IMG/VR virus record: IMGVR_UViG_3300045988_170206
Location: 32,001-96,000 of that record
Source of the DNA: a virus
Length of the DNA: 64,000 nt
Reading direction: 5' to 3' (one strand)
The translations under genes were made by a program, and so were the position numbers. Every line of letters begins with the position of its first letter. Position 1 is the first letter of the stretch. Under the pieces are notes generated by a model that saw nothing but the letters and a program-made list of their open reading frames with translations, did not search any database and was not told where the DNA came from. Shown piece by piece: positions 27,741 to 37,078 of this stretch.

Positions 27741-29222
27741 TCACTTTCCGCTGGAGGGGTTTCCGGCGAGGACGCGGAACCAGATCGGATTGGTGGATCG
27801 GTCGTAGGAGGCTCCCCAGATGAGGTAGAGCTCGGAGAGTCGCGTAGAGGAGGTCCAGGACTCGAGAGTCCCAGATTCACCTGGCGCGAGGGTAACGCTG
27901 TTCGTGAGGCCGTACACGGTGCCGGTCCTGGTGTAGGGGTTGCGTGTGGCATCGACGAGGGTGTCGTCGGGGGTGAGTGTGATGGTCTCGGTGCCGAGGT
28001 TGCGGACCTTGAACGTGTAGAAGGCGTACTGCACTTCGCTCGCTTCGACGAAGCCTCGGTTTTGTGCAGACTTTTGGCTCATGGCGCGGAATGCGTCGGG
28101 GCCGGTGAGGAACGCACTGAGGGTAACTTCGATGGGGGTGTCGGTACCGTCGGTGGTTTTGACGACGACGGGCGTGTTCAGACCTGCGGGAGCGTTGAAG
28201 GTGCCATCTCCAACTCGGGGGAGCGCGCTCGTATCAGGCAGGGATCCGTCTTGTCCTGCACTGGTGAGGGCGTGTGCGCCGATCCAGTTGGGCTCGGTGT
28301 AGTAGTTATCCGCGTATTTGCGGCTGGTTTTGGCTTCTTCGGTGTCTTCGTCGCGCGTGGTGGCGGTAGTATGCTCGGGATCGAGAGCGTCTACGGCGAG
28401 TTCGCTGAATGTGTCTTGGAGCTTGTGGAAGCTGTCGGACGCGAACAGGGTGTCATCCATATACACGTCCTCAGCGCTGGAGAGTCGGCAGGAGGAGCCG
28501 AGGCCGGTGCCGGTGCAGTCCATGACGGGAGGGCGGCTGACGGTGGTCGTGGGGAGGTTGGCGGCGTTGGCTGCAATGTAGCTGGCGAACGCATCCGTGA
28601 CTTTACGGCTGAACTCCACGTCGCTGATCGACGTGAGCTTCGCTTTGGCGAGCGCGTCCTTCACGCCGGTCTTGTCGAGGGTGACTGCCCCGTAGTCTAC
28701 GAGCTGGAAGTCCACGTTCTCACCGTTGTTGAGCGTCGAGGGGGCGGTGGTGGGTTTCCAGGTGAAGGGGTTGCGGTGGGGCTGGCCTGTCCAAGTGAGC
28801 TGCCCAGTTTCAGGAAGCTGGTAGGTGACGGTGGCGAGGATGGCTCGCACGGCGTTGGTGCGTGCTTCGTTACCGTTGAGGTAGTCGTACTCCCGCGCCA
28901 CCCAGGACTGCTCGATGACCGAGTTGAGTCCGTCGGTGTCGAAGTCGTGGAGGGCCGTCATGTAGGGCACGAACGTGGAGGTGCCTTTAGCGGCCTCGGG
29001 GAGGCTCTTCGCCGGCGGGACAATGACCCCGAAGTAGGTGCCGATCAGTGCGACGGGCACTAGGGCGATGAGGGAGCGCTTGAGGAGCTTCTTCTTTCCG
29101 CGCTTCTTCTTGGCTGACGTTGCAGGTGTAGCGGGTGACCCCCACGAGTCCCAGGCCTCGCCTTGCGCGGGCACGTTGTTCTGCATGGGGGTGGTGGGGA
29201 TGTTGGTGTCCCAAGAAGCCAT
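27741..29222 (-). CDS. Single-pass membrane protein with a large ectodomain (C-terminal DUF4352-like Ig fold)
   Basis: KKKRGKKK followed by TM LIALVPVALIGTYFGVIV. C-terminal FKVRNLGTETITLTPDD...LAPGESGTL pattern. Confidence 0.7.
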   Translation of the reverse strand: MASWDTNIPTTPMQNNVPAQGEAWDSWGSPATPATSAKKKRGKKKLLKRSLIALVPVALIGTYFGVIVPPAKSLPEAAKGTSTFVPYMTALHDFDTDGLNSVIEQSWVAREYDYLNGNEARTNAVRAILATVTYQLPETGQLTWTGQPHRNPFTWKPTTAPSTLNNGENVDFQLVDYGAVTLDKTGVKDALAKAKLTSISDVEFSRKVTDAFASYIAANAANLPTTTVSRPPVMDCTGTGLGSSCRLSSAEDVYMDDTLFASDSFHKLQDTFSELAVDALDPEHTTATTRDEDTEEAKTSRKYADNYYTEPNWIGAHALTSAGQDGSLPDTSALPRVGDGTFNAPAGLNTPVVVKTTDGTDTPIEVTLSAFLTGPDAFRAMSQKSAQNRGFVEASEVQYAFYTFKVRNLGTETITLTPDDTLVDATRNPYTRTGTVYGLTNSVTLAPGESGTLESWTSSTRLSELYLIWGASYDRSTNPIWFRVLAGNPSSGK

Positions 29223-29231
29223 GTCTTTTCC

Positions 29232-29858
29232 TTACCCGAATATGTTGCTGAAGAAGGTATCTGCGTTCGCCGTGTCTTCCGGCTCTGGTTCCGGCTCTGG
29301 CTCGTCTGCCCTGTGGGGCGATGGAGTGTCGTCGATGCGGGGGGCGAAGTCGTCCTCGTTGTCACCCGTGGGGAACACCCAAGGGCTCACAGCGTTAGAA
29401 CCAGTTGTTTCCACCTGAACCTGTTGGGGTTCTTGGGGTTTTTGCTGGGTTCTGAGCAGTTCTCGGACGAGGGATTCAAGCTCGTCCATACGGTCGTCCT
29501 TCTTGGGCTGTGCCTGTGGGGCCTGAACGACGACCTGCGGTTGTACGGGCGCAACCTGCTCGAAGTAGCTTATCCCCTGCTGTGTGCGCATGGTGAGTGA
29601 GTCAAGCATGAACTGGAGGCGGTCGTTCTCCCGCTGCGCTTCATCCAGGGCTGTTTGGAGCTGAGCGCGCTCGAAGTCTTCCTCGTAGCCGAGCATGACG
29701 TTGACGATGCGTCGCACTTCCTCATTGTCGCGGTAAGCGGTCAGTAGGGTGATGACGAGGGGGGATGCCTGCCGTTGCTGAGCGAACGGGCGGATCACGT
29801 CGTCGTAGATGTCCTGCGGGAGGCCCTTGACGACCAGTGTGTGTTTACTCGATGACAT
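29232..29858 (-). CDS. Hypothetical protein with a ribbon-helix-helix-like N-terminus and a coiled coil (ParR-like adaptor candidate)
   Basis: KHTLVVKGLPQDIYDDVIRPFAQ fits a beta-strand/helix RHH start. The rest is a coiled coil and an acidic tail. Inference only. Confidence 0.65.
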   Translation of the reverse strand: MSSSKHTLVVKGLPQDIYDDVIRPFAQQRQASPLVITLLTAYRDNEEVRRIVNVMLGYEEDFERAQLQTALDEAQRENDRLQFMLDSLTMRTQQGISYFEQVAPVQPQVVVQAPQAQPKKDDRMDELESLVRELLRTQQKPQEPQQVQVETTGSNAVSPWVFPTGDNEDDFAPRIDDTPSPHRADEPEPEPEPEDTANADTFFSNIFG

Positions 29859-31206
29859 CGGTCAGCCTATCTCCCTCGCGGACAACGTTCGTAGCAACTG
29901 ATCTGGCGATGAACTGGATCAACTGCTGCGCCTGCCCAGCTGTTGAGGGTTTGTAGATGAGGGCTCGAGGCTGAGGGTTCAGGCCTCCGAGGTTGATGAG
30001 GGTCGCTCGTAGCGACTGGATGATTCCGTCGATGATGACGGTGGGGAGCTTGTGGGCTGCGAACGCCATGTAGAGGACGCGCGCGACCATGCTGTTGGCG
30101 GGTGGGCCGACGAGGATGATCTGCTTGCCGTCGTGGGCGACCTGTGCGAGGCGAGCTGCCCAGTCCACGAGCAGATAGGAGAGGTCGTTCATGTAGGAGC
30201 GCGCTCCCATGGTGATGAAGCTGACCTGGTTGACACTGGTGTCCGTGTAGGGGACCGGGCCGGTGCCTTTGGTGAGCCATGTGCGCCCATCGGTCACATC
30301 GTTGGTGCCGAAGCGGTAGTCGATGAGGCTGTCCACGTTCAGGTCGATGATGCAGACGGGACCGTTGTAGGCGAGTTCTGCGGCGTACTTCTGGATGAGC
30401 TTGTACGTCGTTTGGACGGCTCCCCCGGTGCCGGGGAAGAGCACGTGTAGGCTCTTGACGACCGTCGGTGAGAGTGTGGCGACCGTCGGCAGGCTCAGCG
30501 TCAGGATGGAGTCTGCGTTGGAGAATGCGTCAAGGCGCGCGAACGGGGATCGCTCAAAAGCTGCGAGCCGTTTGCGGAGTTCCACGTCACTGCCGCCGTG
30601 CATGACCTGCTTTTCGAGTTCGGCCTTTTCTCGGGCGAGGCGCGTCGCGTCGGCTTCGAGCGCGGCAATGCGGTCACTCTCTGACGCTCGAGTGTTCAGG
30701 AGAGCTTCCTGTTCCGCGAGCTTCTGGTTCGCTGCGTCGAGGTCGGCTTGCAGTCGCGCCACGTCGGCATTGGGGGACGTGACGGCAGGCGCGACAGTTG
30801 AGGTGGCCAGTTGGGGAGTCACCGTGTTAGCTCCTTGAGCGGCGGCAAACGTGGCGAGCACCTGCATGAAGGCTGTGGGATCTAGCGGCTGTTCTCCCGT
30901 GGGAGCGTCGAGCTTCGCTCCTCGAGCATTCAGAGCTTCAGCGAGGCGCGCGTCAGTTGAGTAGGGGATGTACTTGTCGGTGCTCACGATGCTGGGTGCG
31001 ATGCGACCACTATCCGCGTACCCGTCAGGGACGATGAAGGCCACCACGTCATTGCGCGTGGCGCTCCTGTGCGACTGGAGCTTGAGGCTGGTGGCTGACA
31101 CTTCCGACAGTTCGACAACATCCTCAGCCCCGTAAATCTGCGCGAAGCCCTCGCGTGCGAGTTTCACCGCGGAGGCGGGGAGGCCGTAGTAGTAGGCCTT
31201 GAACAT
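29845..31206 (-). CDS. Three-part protein: receiver-like N-domain, coiled coil, degenerate MinD/ParA-like C-domain (TadZ/CpaE-like architecture)
   Basis: The C-domain has LFPGTGGAVQTT where a deviant Walker A would sit (no Lys), then VCIIDLNVD and IILVGPP. Central ARLQADLDAANQKLAEQEAL... coiled coil. Confidence 0.6.
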   Translation of the reverse strand: MFKAYYYGLPASAVKLAREGFAQIYGAEDVVELSEVSATSLKLQSHRSATRNDVVAFIVPDGYADSGRIAPSIVSTDKYIPYSTDARLAEALNARGAKLDAPTGEQPLDPTAFMQVLATFAAAQGANTVTPQLATSTVAPAVTSPNADVARLQADLDAANQKLAEQEALLNTRASESDRIAALEADATRLAREKAELEKQVMHGGSDVELRKRLAAFERSPFARLDAFSNADSILTLSLPTVATLSPTVVKSLHVLFPGTGGAVQTTYKLIQKYAAELAYNGPVCIIDLNVDSLIDYRFGTNDVTDGRTWLTKGTGPVPYTDTSVNQVSFITMGARSYMNDLSYLLVDWAARLAQVAHDGKQIILVGPPANSMVARVLYMAFAAHKLPTVIIDGIIQSLRATLINLGGLNPQPRALIYKPSTAGQAQQLIQFIARSVATNVVREGDRLTDVIE

Positions 31207-31307
31207 GCTGGGCTCCTTCCTATGTGGTGGGGCCTCCGCGCCCCTACCTGTTCGACTGGGTGAGCAGGGGGCCAGTGAACCGTGGGGGCGCGGAGGGGCT
31301 TGTGGGA

Positions 31308-32573
31308 TTACTTCTTCGCGTTCTTGTCGGCGAATCGCGCGAAGTTGATGGCACCTTCAATGTTGAGGGTGCGCAGGTTGACGCCCTCCTTGATGGGGAG
31401 GAGTTCGATGTCGGGGGCGAAGGAGCGGACCTGACGTACAACCGACTCAGCGATGGGTTCCATCTCTTCTGCCCTGTCGAGAGAGGGGTCTGTCTGTTCC
31501 GTCTTGATCGCGCCGCCGCCTATGACGAGGAGGTAGGCGAACTCATCGGGCGCGAAGCGGTTGGCTTCGAAGGTGTTTCGCAGGTTGGCCGTGATAGTGC
31601 CTGCAACCTCGTTGCGGGCGGCGTTGACCTGGCGGGACACGTCCTTGCGCTTCACGCCTGAACGGATGGTGCCGGTGAGGACCGCTTCTGTGGCGGCTTC
31701 ACGGGAGAGTGCGCGACCGTGTTCCTGGTGCACGTACTTGGCGACCAGGGAGGCAATGGTGTTGCCGCCAACGGGGTAGGAAGCGGACGCGGACGTAATG
31801 GGGTTGAGGTTCTTGATGAACGTCACGTCGGCAGTGCCGGCCCCGAGGTCGAGGACAATGATCGGCTCGTTTACACAGTCTGCATAGTCGGCGACTGTGC
31901 CCATCGCAGGAGTGAAGACGGTGGCACTGAAGCCTGCCAGACCCTCCGCGAGGACGGACACGTCGCCCACCTTGATCGGGATGCTGACACGCTCAGGAGC
32001 GATGACCTCCACGCTCTTCGAGAGCGTGAAGATCTTCTTGAAGGTCTCTCCCTTTCCGGTCTCGCTGGGCGGGGCGAGGAGAGTCACGTCCCAGGTGATC
32101 TCCAGAGACTCCGGCTTCTTACGCAGGAGCTTCGCAACGAGTTCACGCCCGACGAAGACGGCGTAGTGGAAGCTCCACAGTGTCGTCTCGGACTGTGCCT
32201 TCGTCGCAATGGCAGAACTGGGGCGTGTTGCCGACATGGCGAACTCTCGGTCAGCGAGAGGCCCTGCGGCGTACAGGTGAGTTGGTTCACCAGCTGCGAG
32301 GCCCTGGGGTGCCCGGAAGATGATCGAGCGGAGCTCGTTGGGCTTGCCATTCACCTCGTCGGCGACGTACTGCTCTGGGATTACGTAATCGTCCCCGATG
32401 GCCGCGAAGGCGTTGGGGAGGATCGTGATGGGGCTGGCCTTGCCGTTCACGAGGACAGCAACTCGGGTTTCCGAGTTGCCGAAGTCGATAACCAGGCGCG
32501 CCTGCACCTTGGTCTTGGTCTGCTCACTCACTGCGCTGCCTTTCTGTCGGTTTTTCTGCGCTGTTTGCATCAT
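31308..32573 (-). CDS. Actin-like ATPase of the ParM/Alp (plasmid segregation) type
   Basis: Phosphate-1 LVIDFGNSETRVAV, phosphate-2 IVLDLGAGTADVTFI, adenosine motif LLVIGGGA. Confidence 0.75.
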   Translation of the reverse strand: MMQTAQKNRQKGSAVSEQTKTKVQARLVIDFGNSETRVAVLVNGKASPITILPNAFAAIGDDYVIPEQYVADEVNGKPNELRSIIFRAPQGLAAGEPTHLYAAGPLADREFAMSATRPSSAIATKAQSETTLWSFHYAVFVGRELVAKLLRKKPESLEITWDVTLLAPPSETGKGETFKKIFTLSKSVEVIAPERVSIPIKVGDVSVLAEGLAGFSATVFTPAMGTVADYADCVNEPIIVLDLGAGTADVTFIKNLNPITSASASYPVGGNTIASLVAKYVHQEHGRALSREAATEAVLTGTIRSGVKRKDVSRQVNAARNEVAGTITANLRNTFEANRFAPDEFAYLLVIGGGAIKTEQTDPSLDRAEEMEPIAESVVRQVRSFAPDIELLPIKEGVNLRTLNIEGAINFARFADKNAKK

Positions 32574-32601
32574 TTTATCGGTAAATGGCCTGTCTGTGTG
32601 T

Positions 32602-33441
32602 TTAGGCGCGTCTGTGTCGTTGATTAGCGACGTTCGCTTCGAGAGCTCGGGCGTTGACTGTGGCGTTGCTGAGTCCCGGCATGAGGAGTTCTCGGGTGAG
32701 GGTTCCTTTCTCCCACCCTTCTTGGATGCGGGCTATCTGAGTGCCGGAGTACTGGAAGCTACCGTCCTCGTTCTGGGAGGAGAGCTGCTGCATGAGGCCG
32801 GGAACCGTGTCGGGGATGCGTGTGGCGTACATGTCGGCGAGTGCTTCGAGGGTGTCGGCCTGGCTGTTCCTCGTGAGGGGCAGGTCGGCGAGGATTGGTG
32901 CCCGGCTGATCTGGTGGAGTTGTTCCTCGTTGAGGCCTGCGCGCGCGAGGCTGGGGCGCGCGAGGCTGAGGAGGGAGCGTAGGGCCGTGTCGGAGGAGAT
33001 GCCCGCGTTGAGGTAGGGCTTGATGTCCATGCCTTGTGCGAGGGCGCTCTCGTAGAGGGAGAGCTGGGTTTCGCGCATGTACCGGAAGTCGCATCCTGTG
33101 GTGGGGTATCCGCGCGCTGTCCATTCGAGTACTGCTGCGAGGACGGGAACAGTGAGGCCCATCTTGAGGAAGGGCCTGAAGCTGTTGAGGTTGCCCTGGT
33201 TGTGGGCGTGGTTGCGGACGATACGCAGGATGGGGGCGGGGAGTACGAAGAATGGCTCGGGGATGGTTTCGAGCATGGCGAGCCGGATCTGGTGGAGGTC
33301 GTCGGGATCTCGGTCGATGTAGGGCATGATCGGGGTGCCGTCGAAGATGGCGCTGCGTACCTCGTCGAGGATGTCGAGGGGGTAGCCGGTGAGGATTGCT
33401 CGGTAGTTCTCGAGCGTGAGTTCTTTGCCTGCATACTTCAC
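32602..33441 (-). CDS. Hypothetical protein (279 aa)
   Basis: GTG start (VKYAGKELTL) forms a GTGA overlap with the upstream stop. The Pro/Arg-rich track extension to 33687 looks non-coding. Confidence 0.65.
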   Translation of the reverse strand: MKYAGKELTLENYRAILTGYPLDILDEVRSAIFDGTPIMPYIDRDPDDLHQIRLAMLETIPEPFFVLPAPILRIVRNHAHNQGNLNSFRPFLKMGLTVPVLAAVLEWTARGYPTTGCDFRYMRETQLSLYESALAQGMDIKPYLNAGISSDTALRSLLSLARPSLARAGLNEEQLHQISRAPILADLPLTRNSQADTLEALADMYATRIPDTVPGLMQQLSSQNEDGSFQYSGTQIARIQEGWEKGTLTRELLMPGLSNATVNARALEANVANQRHRRA

Positions 33442-34088
33442 TGGTCGGTGCCTTTCGTCGTGGTGGTGAGCGCTGCGCGTCGCTGGGCTGTGGCGTGCAC
33501 GAGTTCGTCGAGCACATGAGGGTAGAGGCTGCACATCCAGGAGCGGTTGGTGCTCCACCCGTCGGTGGGATGGTGGAGTGCTGTGGGGATGCGGGCGGCG
33601 TTGAGGCTTTCGAGGTAGGAGGTGACTGCGGCGTGAGGGCTGAGGTCTTTGTAGTGGAGGCGCGCTGTGGGTGGCATGTTGGCCCACGTGTAGGAGCCGT
33701 CGTGCTGCTGCTGGAGTTGCTGTGCGGTTACGTCGAGGATGAGTGCGTCGTAGGCCAGGCCTCGGGTGGCTTCAGCGGCGCGGGTGCCATTGCTCGAGCG
33801 GGGGCTGGTGATGGCGACGGCGAGGACATGTCCGTCGTCGTAGTGGAGGGCGTATTCGTCCTTCTTGATGGTGCGGGCCCCTTCTCGGTTGTAGATGGGC
33901 AGGGGGATGGTGGCGAGGCGCGCGAGAGTGTGCAGGCGAGCGAAAGACGGGTGGGCGCACAGGTCGATGCGGGCCGTTCGTTCGACGGTTGCTCCGGCGC
34001 GTCGGCACGTGGAGTAGGCGACGTGGCCGCGGTGTGGGGCGTGGACCGTCGTGTATGGGGTGGAGCTGATGAGCTCTCGGAGGTTCAT
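33438..34088 (-). CDS. Hypothetical protein (216 aa)
   Basis: ORF coupled at both ends within the operon. Confidence 0.7.
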   Translation of the reverse strand: MNLRELISSTPYTTVHAPHRGHVAYSTCRRAGATVERTARIDLCAHPSFARLHTLARLATIPLPIYNREGARTIKKDEYALHYDDGHVLAVAITSPRSSNGTRAAEATRGLAYDALILDVTAQQLQQQHDGSYTWANMPPTARLHYKDLSPHAAVTSYLESLNAARIPTALHHPTDGWSTNRSWMCSLYPHVLDELVHATAQRRAALTTTTKGTDQ

Positions 34089-35110
34089 TCGTCGTTGTCC
34101 TCAGTGGCTAGGTGTCGTGTCGCTTCGAGCTGTACTCGTTGCGCGAGGTCGGGTGGGGGGAGTTCGCCGTGCGTGTCCCAGGCTGGCGGTTGTCCGTTGA
34201 GGGCTTCGGCGTTCTCGAGCTTGAAGCGTTCACGGTCGAAGTCGATGCCGCGCTGGGAGAGCGCCCAGTAGGCGAGGTCTACCTCGGACAGGATAGTGGG
34301 CGTGAGCTGTCCATCGCGGGTGACGACTGTGGGCACGGTGTTGGTCTGGTCGATGGGTTCGATCATGTACGGCTCTTGGTAGCCGAGGTAGCCGACGGCG
34401 CAGTCGGCGAGATGGTAGGAGGCATCGTGGGGTTGGGGCGGGGCGATGAGGTCTGTGTACTTCCACCTGTCGGCGAGGGGGATGTTGCACAGGTCGGTGA
34501 TGGAGTCTTCGATGGTGCCGTTGATCGGCCAGGCCTGTAGGTCCAGCTGGTCGCTGGTGGCGGGGTCGTTGCGGACAACGGCGAGGGTGCAGCCAGTGAG
34601 GCGCGGGTAGGAGCCTGCCGTTGAGGCGGTGGAGAGGCGCGAGTGGACGACGACGACGCTGCCGGTGGTGAACCAGGCGGCGGCGCGTTTCTCTTCGACG
34701 GTGGCCGGGCGGAACGTGTCGAGCTCGCGGGTGACTCCCTGCCAGAGCACATAGTCGATGTCCCTGTAGGTCGCGTTCGTCGTGTCGATGTCGATGTCGG
34801 GGTTGTTGAGCTGCCAGAGGAGGAGCGCGAGCGGCTGGAAGATGCGTCGGTTCTTCACGTGCGCGACCGGGGGCGTGATGAGCGCTCGCGGGGTGGGGGT
34901 GGTGCGGGCCCAGTGGGCGAGGCCGCTCATGTAGGCGGTGACAGTCTGTGCGTCGGTGAGCTTCGGCTCCGTGGAGACGGTGACGGTCGTCGTGTCTCCC
35001 TCACGGGTGAGGGTGGCGCGCTTGTGGGGGCGCTTCTCAGTGTGGAGTAGGGTCTCCCACTGCTGTTTGTAGGGGAGTGCTTGTCGGGCTTGGGTCTGCG
35101 GGTTCATCAT
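34085..35110 (-). CDS. Hypothetical protein (341 aa)
   Basis: ORF coupled at both ends within the operon. Confidence 0.7.
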   Translation of the reverse strand: MMNPQTQARQALPYKQQWETLLHTEKRPHKRATLTREGDTTTVTVSTEPKLTDAQTVTAYMSGLAHWARTTPTPRALITPPVAHVKNRRIFQPLALLLWQLNNPDIDIDTTNATYRDIDYVLWQGVTRELDTFRPATVEEKRAAAWFTTGSVVVVHSRLSTASTAGSYPRLTGCTLAVVRNDPATSDQLDLQAWPINGTIEDSITDLCNIPLADRWKYTDLIAPPQPHDASYHLADCAVGYLGYQEPYMIEPIDQTNTVPTVVTRDGQLTPTILSEVDLAYWALSQRGIDFDRERFKLENAEALNGQPPAWDTHGELPPPDLAQRVQLEATRHLATEDNDE

Positions 35111-35766
35111 CGGCGGGCCTCATTTCGGAGCTTCTGGGCAAACATGTACTGGTCGTTCGAGTTGCCGCCGGTGCCGGTGATGAGTGCTGCGACGTAGGCG
35201 AGAGTTCCCGCGTCGAGGGCGTGGAGTTCGTCGTGGATGCGAGCCTTCGAGAACTGCATGACGTAGGCGAGGGTCTGCTGGAGCAGCTCGATGTCTGGCG
35301 AGGCCGTGGAAGTCGTGCCATTGGTCGCTGCTTTGAGTTGGGCGATGAACTCGGAGTCGAAGTAGTCCTCGAGGCTCCCGGTGCCGGTGTCGCGGGCGAC
35401 GGCGCGGTCGAGGGTGCGGGCGGCGGCTGCGAGAGAATCGGGGGTGTCGGTGGTGATGAGGGTGAGGAAGTTCTTCCCGAGGCGAGCTTCGACTTCGCGC
35501 AGTCCTTTTTCGACTTCGATGCGCACGGTTGTCTCTTTGCGGTTGAGGTGCTTGCCGATCTCCTCGTAGCTCATGCCTTTATGGGCGAGCGCCCCATCGG
35601 GAGTGCCGGGGATACGGAGCCGGATTGCCTGCGGGTAGAGGCGGGTTTGCCGGTAGGACGCTCCCCTGATGTAGACGACGGTGCGGTTGATGAGGGTTTG
35701 CGCGTCGGCGGACAGGGTATGCGCGTTTGAGACAAGCCTCGTTAGTTGCGTGTAGAACCTCGCCAC
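35107..35766 (-). CDS. Transcription regulator with a sigma-70 region-4 / LuxR-type HTH
   Basis: GMSYEEIGKHLNRKETTVRIEVEKGLREVEARL. GTG start at 35766 lies 5 nt after a perfect AAGGAG. First gene downstream of the iteron array. Confidence 0.6.
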   Translation of the reverse strand: MARFYTQLTRLVSNAHTLSADAQTLINRTVVYIRGASYRQTRLYPQAIRLRIPGTPDGALAHKGMSYEEIGKHLNRKETTVRIEVEKGLREVEARLGKNFLTLITTDTPDSLAAAARTLDRAVARDTGTGSLEDYFDSEFIAQLKAATNGTTSTASPDIELLQQTLAYVMQFSKARIHDELHALDAGTLAYVAALITGTGGNSNDQYMFAQKLRNEARR

Positions 35767-36187
35767 GATGCTCTCCTTCTGACCACTGATTGAGGGGGTG
35801 ATCGTTGATGTGGGAAAAACCATCGTTTTTTGTCCACGCGCTTTTGCTGGCGGCGTTTTGGGCCTCCTGGAGGGGTTCACCGCCGGTTTGGAGGTGCGCG
35901 TGGACTCAAAATGATGTCTGAAACCATCATTTCACGATCAACATTTTTCATCACTTTGAGCGGTCGGAGGGTCGCAGATTGAGATGCGGGTCGGGCGTTG
36001 GGGACGCGGTAGAGGTGGCTAGAGGGGGTTGTTGGCGCGGCGACGCGAGAGTCAGGAATGGGGTGTTTTATCGGGGTTTGTCCAGTTGTGCCACTGCCGG
36101 GTGCTTGTCGGTGGGATGTAATCCCCGCCTGTGTGGACCTATAGTTGCGCCGTGTATATCCTCGCTTCTCTCGGTGGGAACTGGCTC

Positions 36188-36673
36188 TAGTGCTACCTAG
36201 ATGTCCGCTAGTACACCCCTGAACTATGTCTAGTGCAACCATGATCTAGGCATGGTTAACCTGGATGTCGATAGGTTCAACCTATATCTTCTATATTGCG
36301 TGTGGACCTAGCCTCTGGTAGTACCAAGAACTAGCTCTAGTTACACCTGTATCTACGCAGGGTTAACTTGGATGTCGATAGGGTTAACCTGTATCTCGAC
36401 AGGTACAACCACTATCTATGTTTTCTCGTGCTGATCTAGGCCTAGGTACAACCTCTATCTGCGCAGGTATAACCTCTATCGCTACAGGTACAACCGTTAT
36501 CTCGGTCAGGTGCAACCTGTATCTTCGATATTGCGTGTGGACCTAGGGGCTAGTAGTACCAAGAACCAGGTAGAGGCAACCCGGATGTCGGGAGGGTCAA
36601 CCTAGATGTTGGCGGCGGTGTACCTGGATGTGGGTCTAGTGCTACGCGGATGTGGCGCTAGGTGCACTTCCTT
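36188..36673. repeat. Iteron array: about 18 same-orientation copies of (T/C)AGGTNCAACCNNNATCT at about 21-bp periodicity, containing a nested pair of 54-bp direct repeats
   Basis: Examples: AGGTACAACCACTATCT, AGGTACAACCTCTATCT, AGGTATAACCTCTATCG, AGGTACAACCGTTATCT, AGGTGCAACCTGTATCT, GGTTAACCTGGATGTC. Long repeats at 36278-36331 and 36513-36566 (about 46/54 identical). Confidence 0.85.
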
Positions 36674-36693
36674 CCCTGTGTGAGCATAAGGAG

Positions 36694-36728
36694 CGGCCCC
36701 TCGCTCGTGGTTATGAGCCGAGGGGCCG
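36694..36728 (-). terminator. Hairpin terminating the ATPase/J-domain transcription unit
   Basis: CGGCCCCTCG (36694-36703) pairs with CGAGGGGCCG (36719-36728), 15-nt loop, 20 nt downstream of the 36749 stop. Confidence 0.5.
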
Positions 36729-36748
36729 ACTTGTTGGAGTGGAAGGTT

Positions 36749-37066
36749 CTAGCGTGAGCACTCCGTGGCGTGGGAGTAGATCTTTGCGAGGTCGTCGGGT
36801 GCGACGTTGGCGAGCGAGTGGGTGTCTTGGATCTGGGAGATGGCTACGGGGTCGAGGTCGCTCCATGATTTCTCAACCATGCACTGTGTGGTGGTGGCCG
36901 TGTACTCGCCGAGGCCAACGATGCCCTCGGGCACGTAGGAGCTGGTCCACGGGTGCCAGAGGGTCACGAGGTAGATGACGGCGGCTGCTAGGAGGATGGA
37001 GAGGATCGACTGGACGATGCCGCGGGTTTTGTGCGCCATGCGGAATGGCGTGAAGATGCTGAACAC
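36749..37066 (-). CDS. Small single-pass membrane protein (105 aa)
   Basis: TM IVQSILSILLAAAVIYLVTLW. Follows the J-domain gene. Confidence 0.65.
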   Translation of the reverse strand: MFSIFTPFRMAHKTRGIVQSILSILLAAAVIYLVTLWHPWTSSYVPEGIVGLGEYTATTTQCMVEKSWSDLDPVAISQIQDTHSLANVAPDDLAKIYSHATECSR

Positions 37067-37078
37067 GGCTGGGGCCTT

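Noticed and set aside
36188-36673. Possible CRISPR array
   Set aside because: The repeat period is only about 21 bp, with no unique spacers of 28-40 bp. The copies are degenerate rather than near-identical. No cas genes or leader are present. The pattern fits iterons or a centromere instead.
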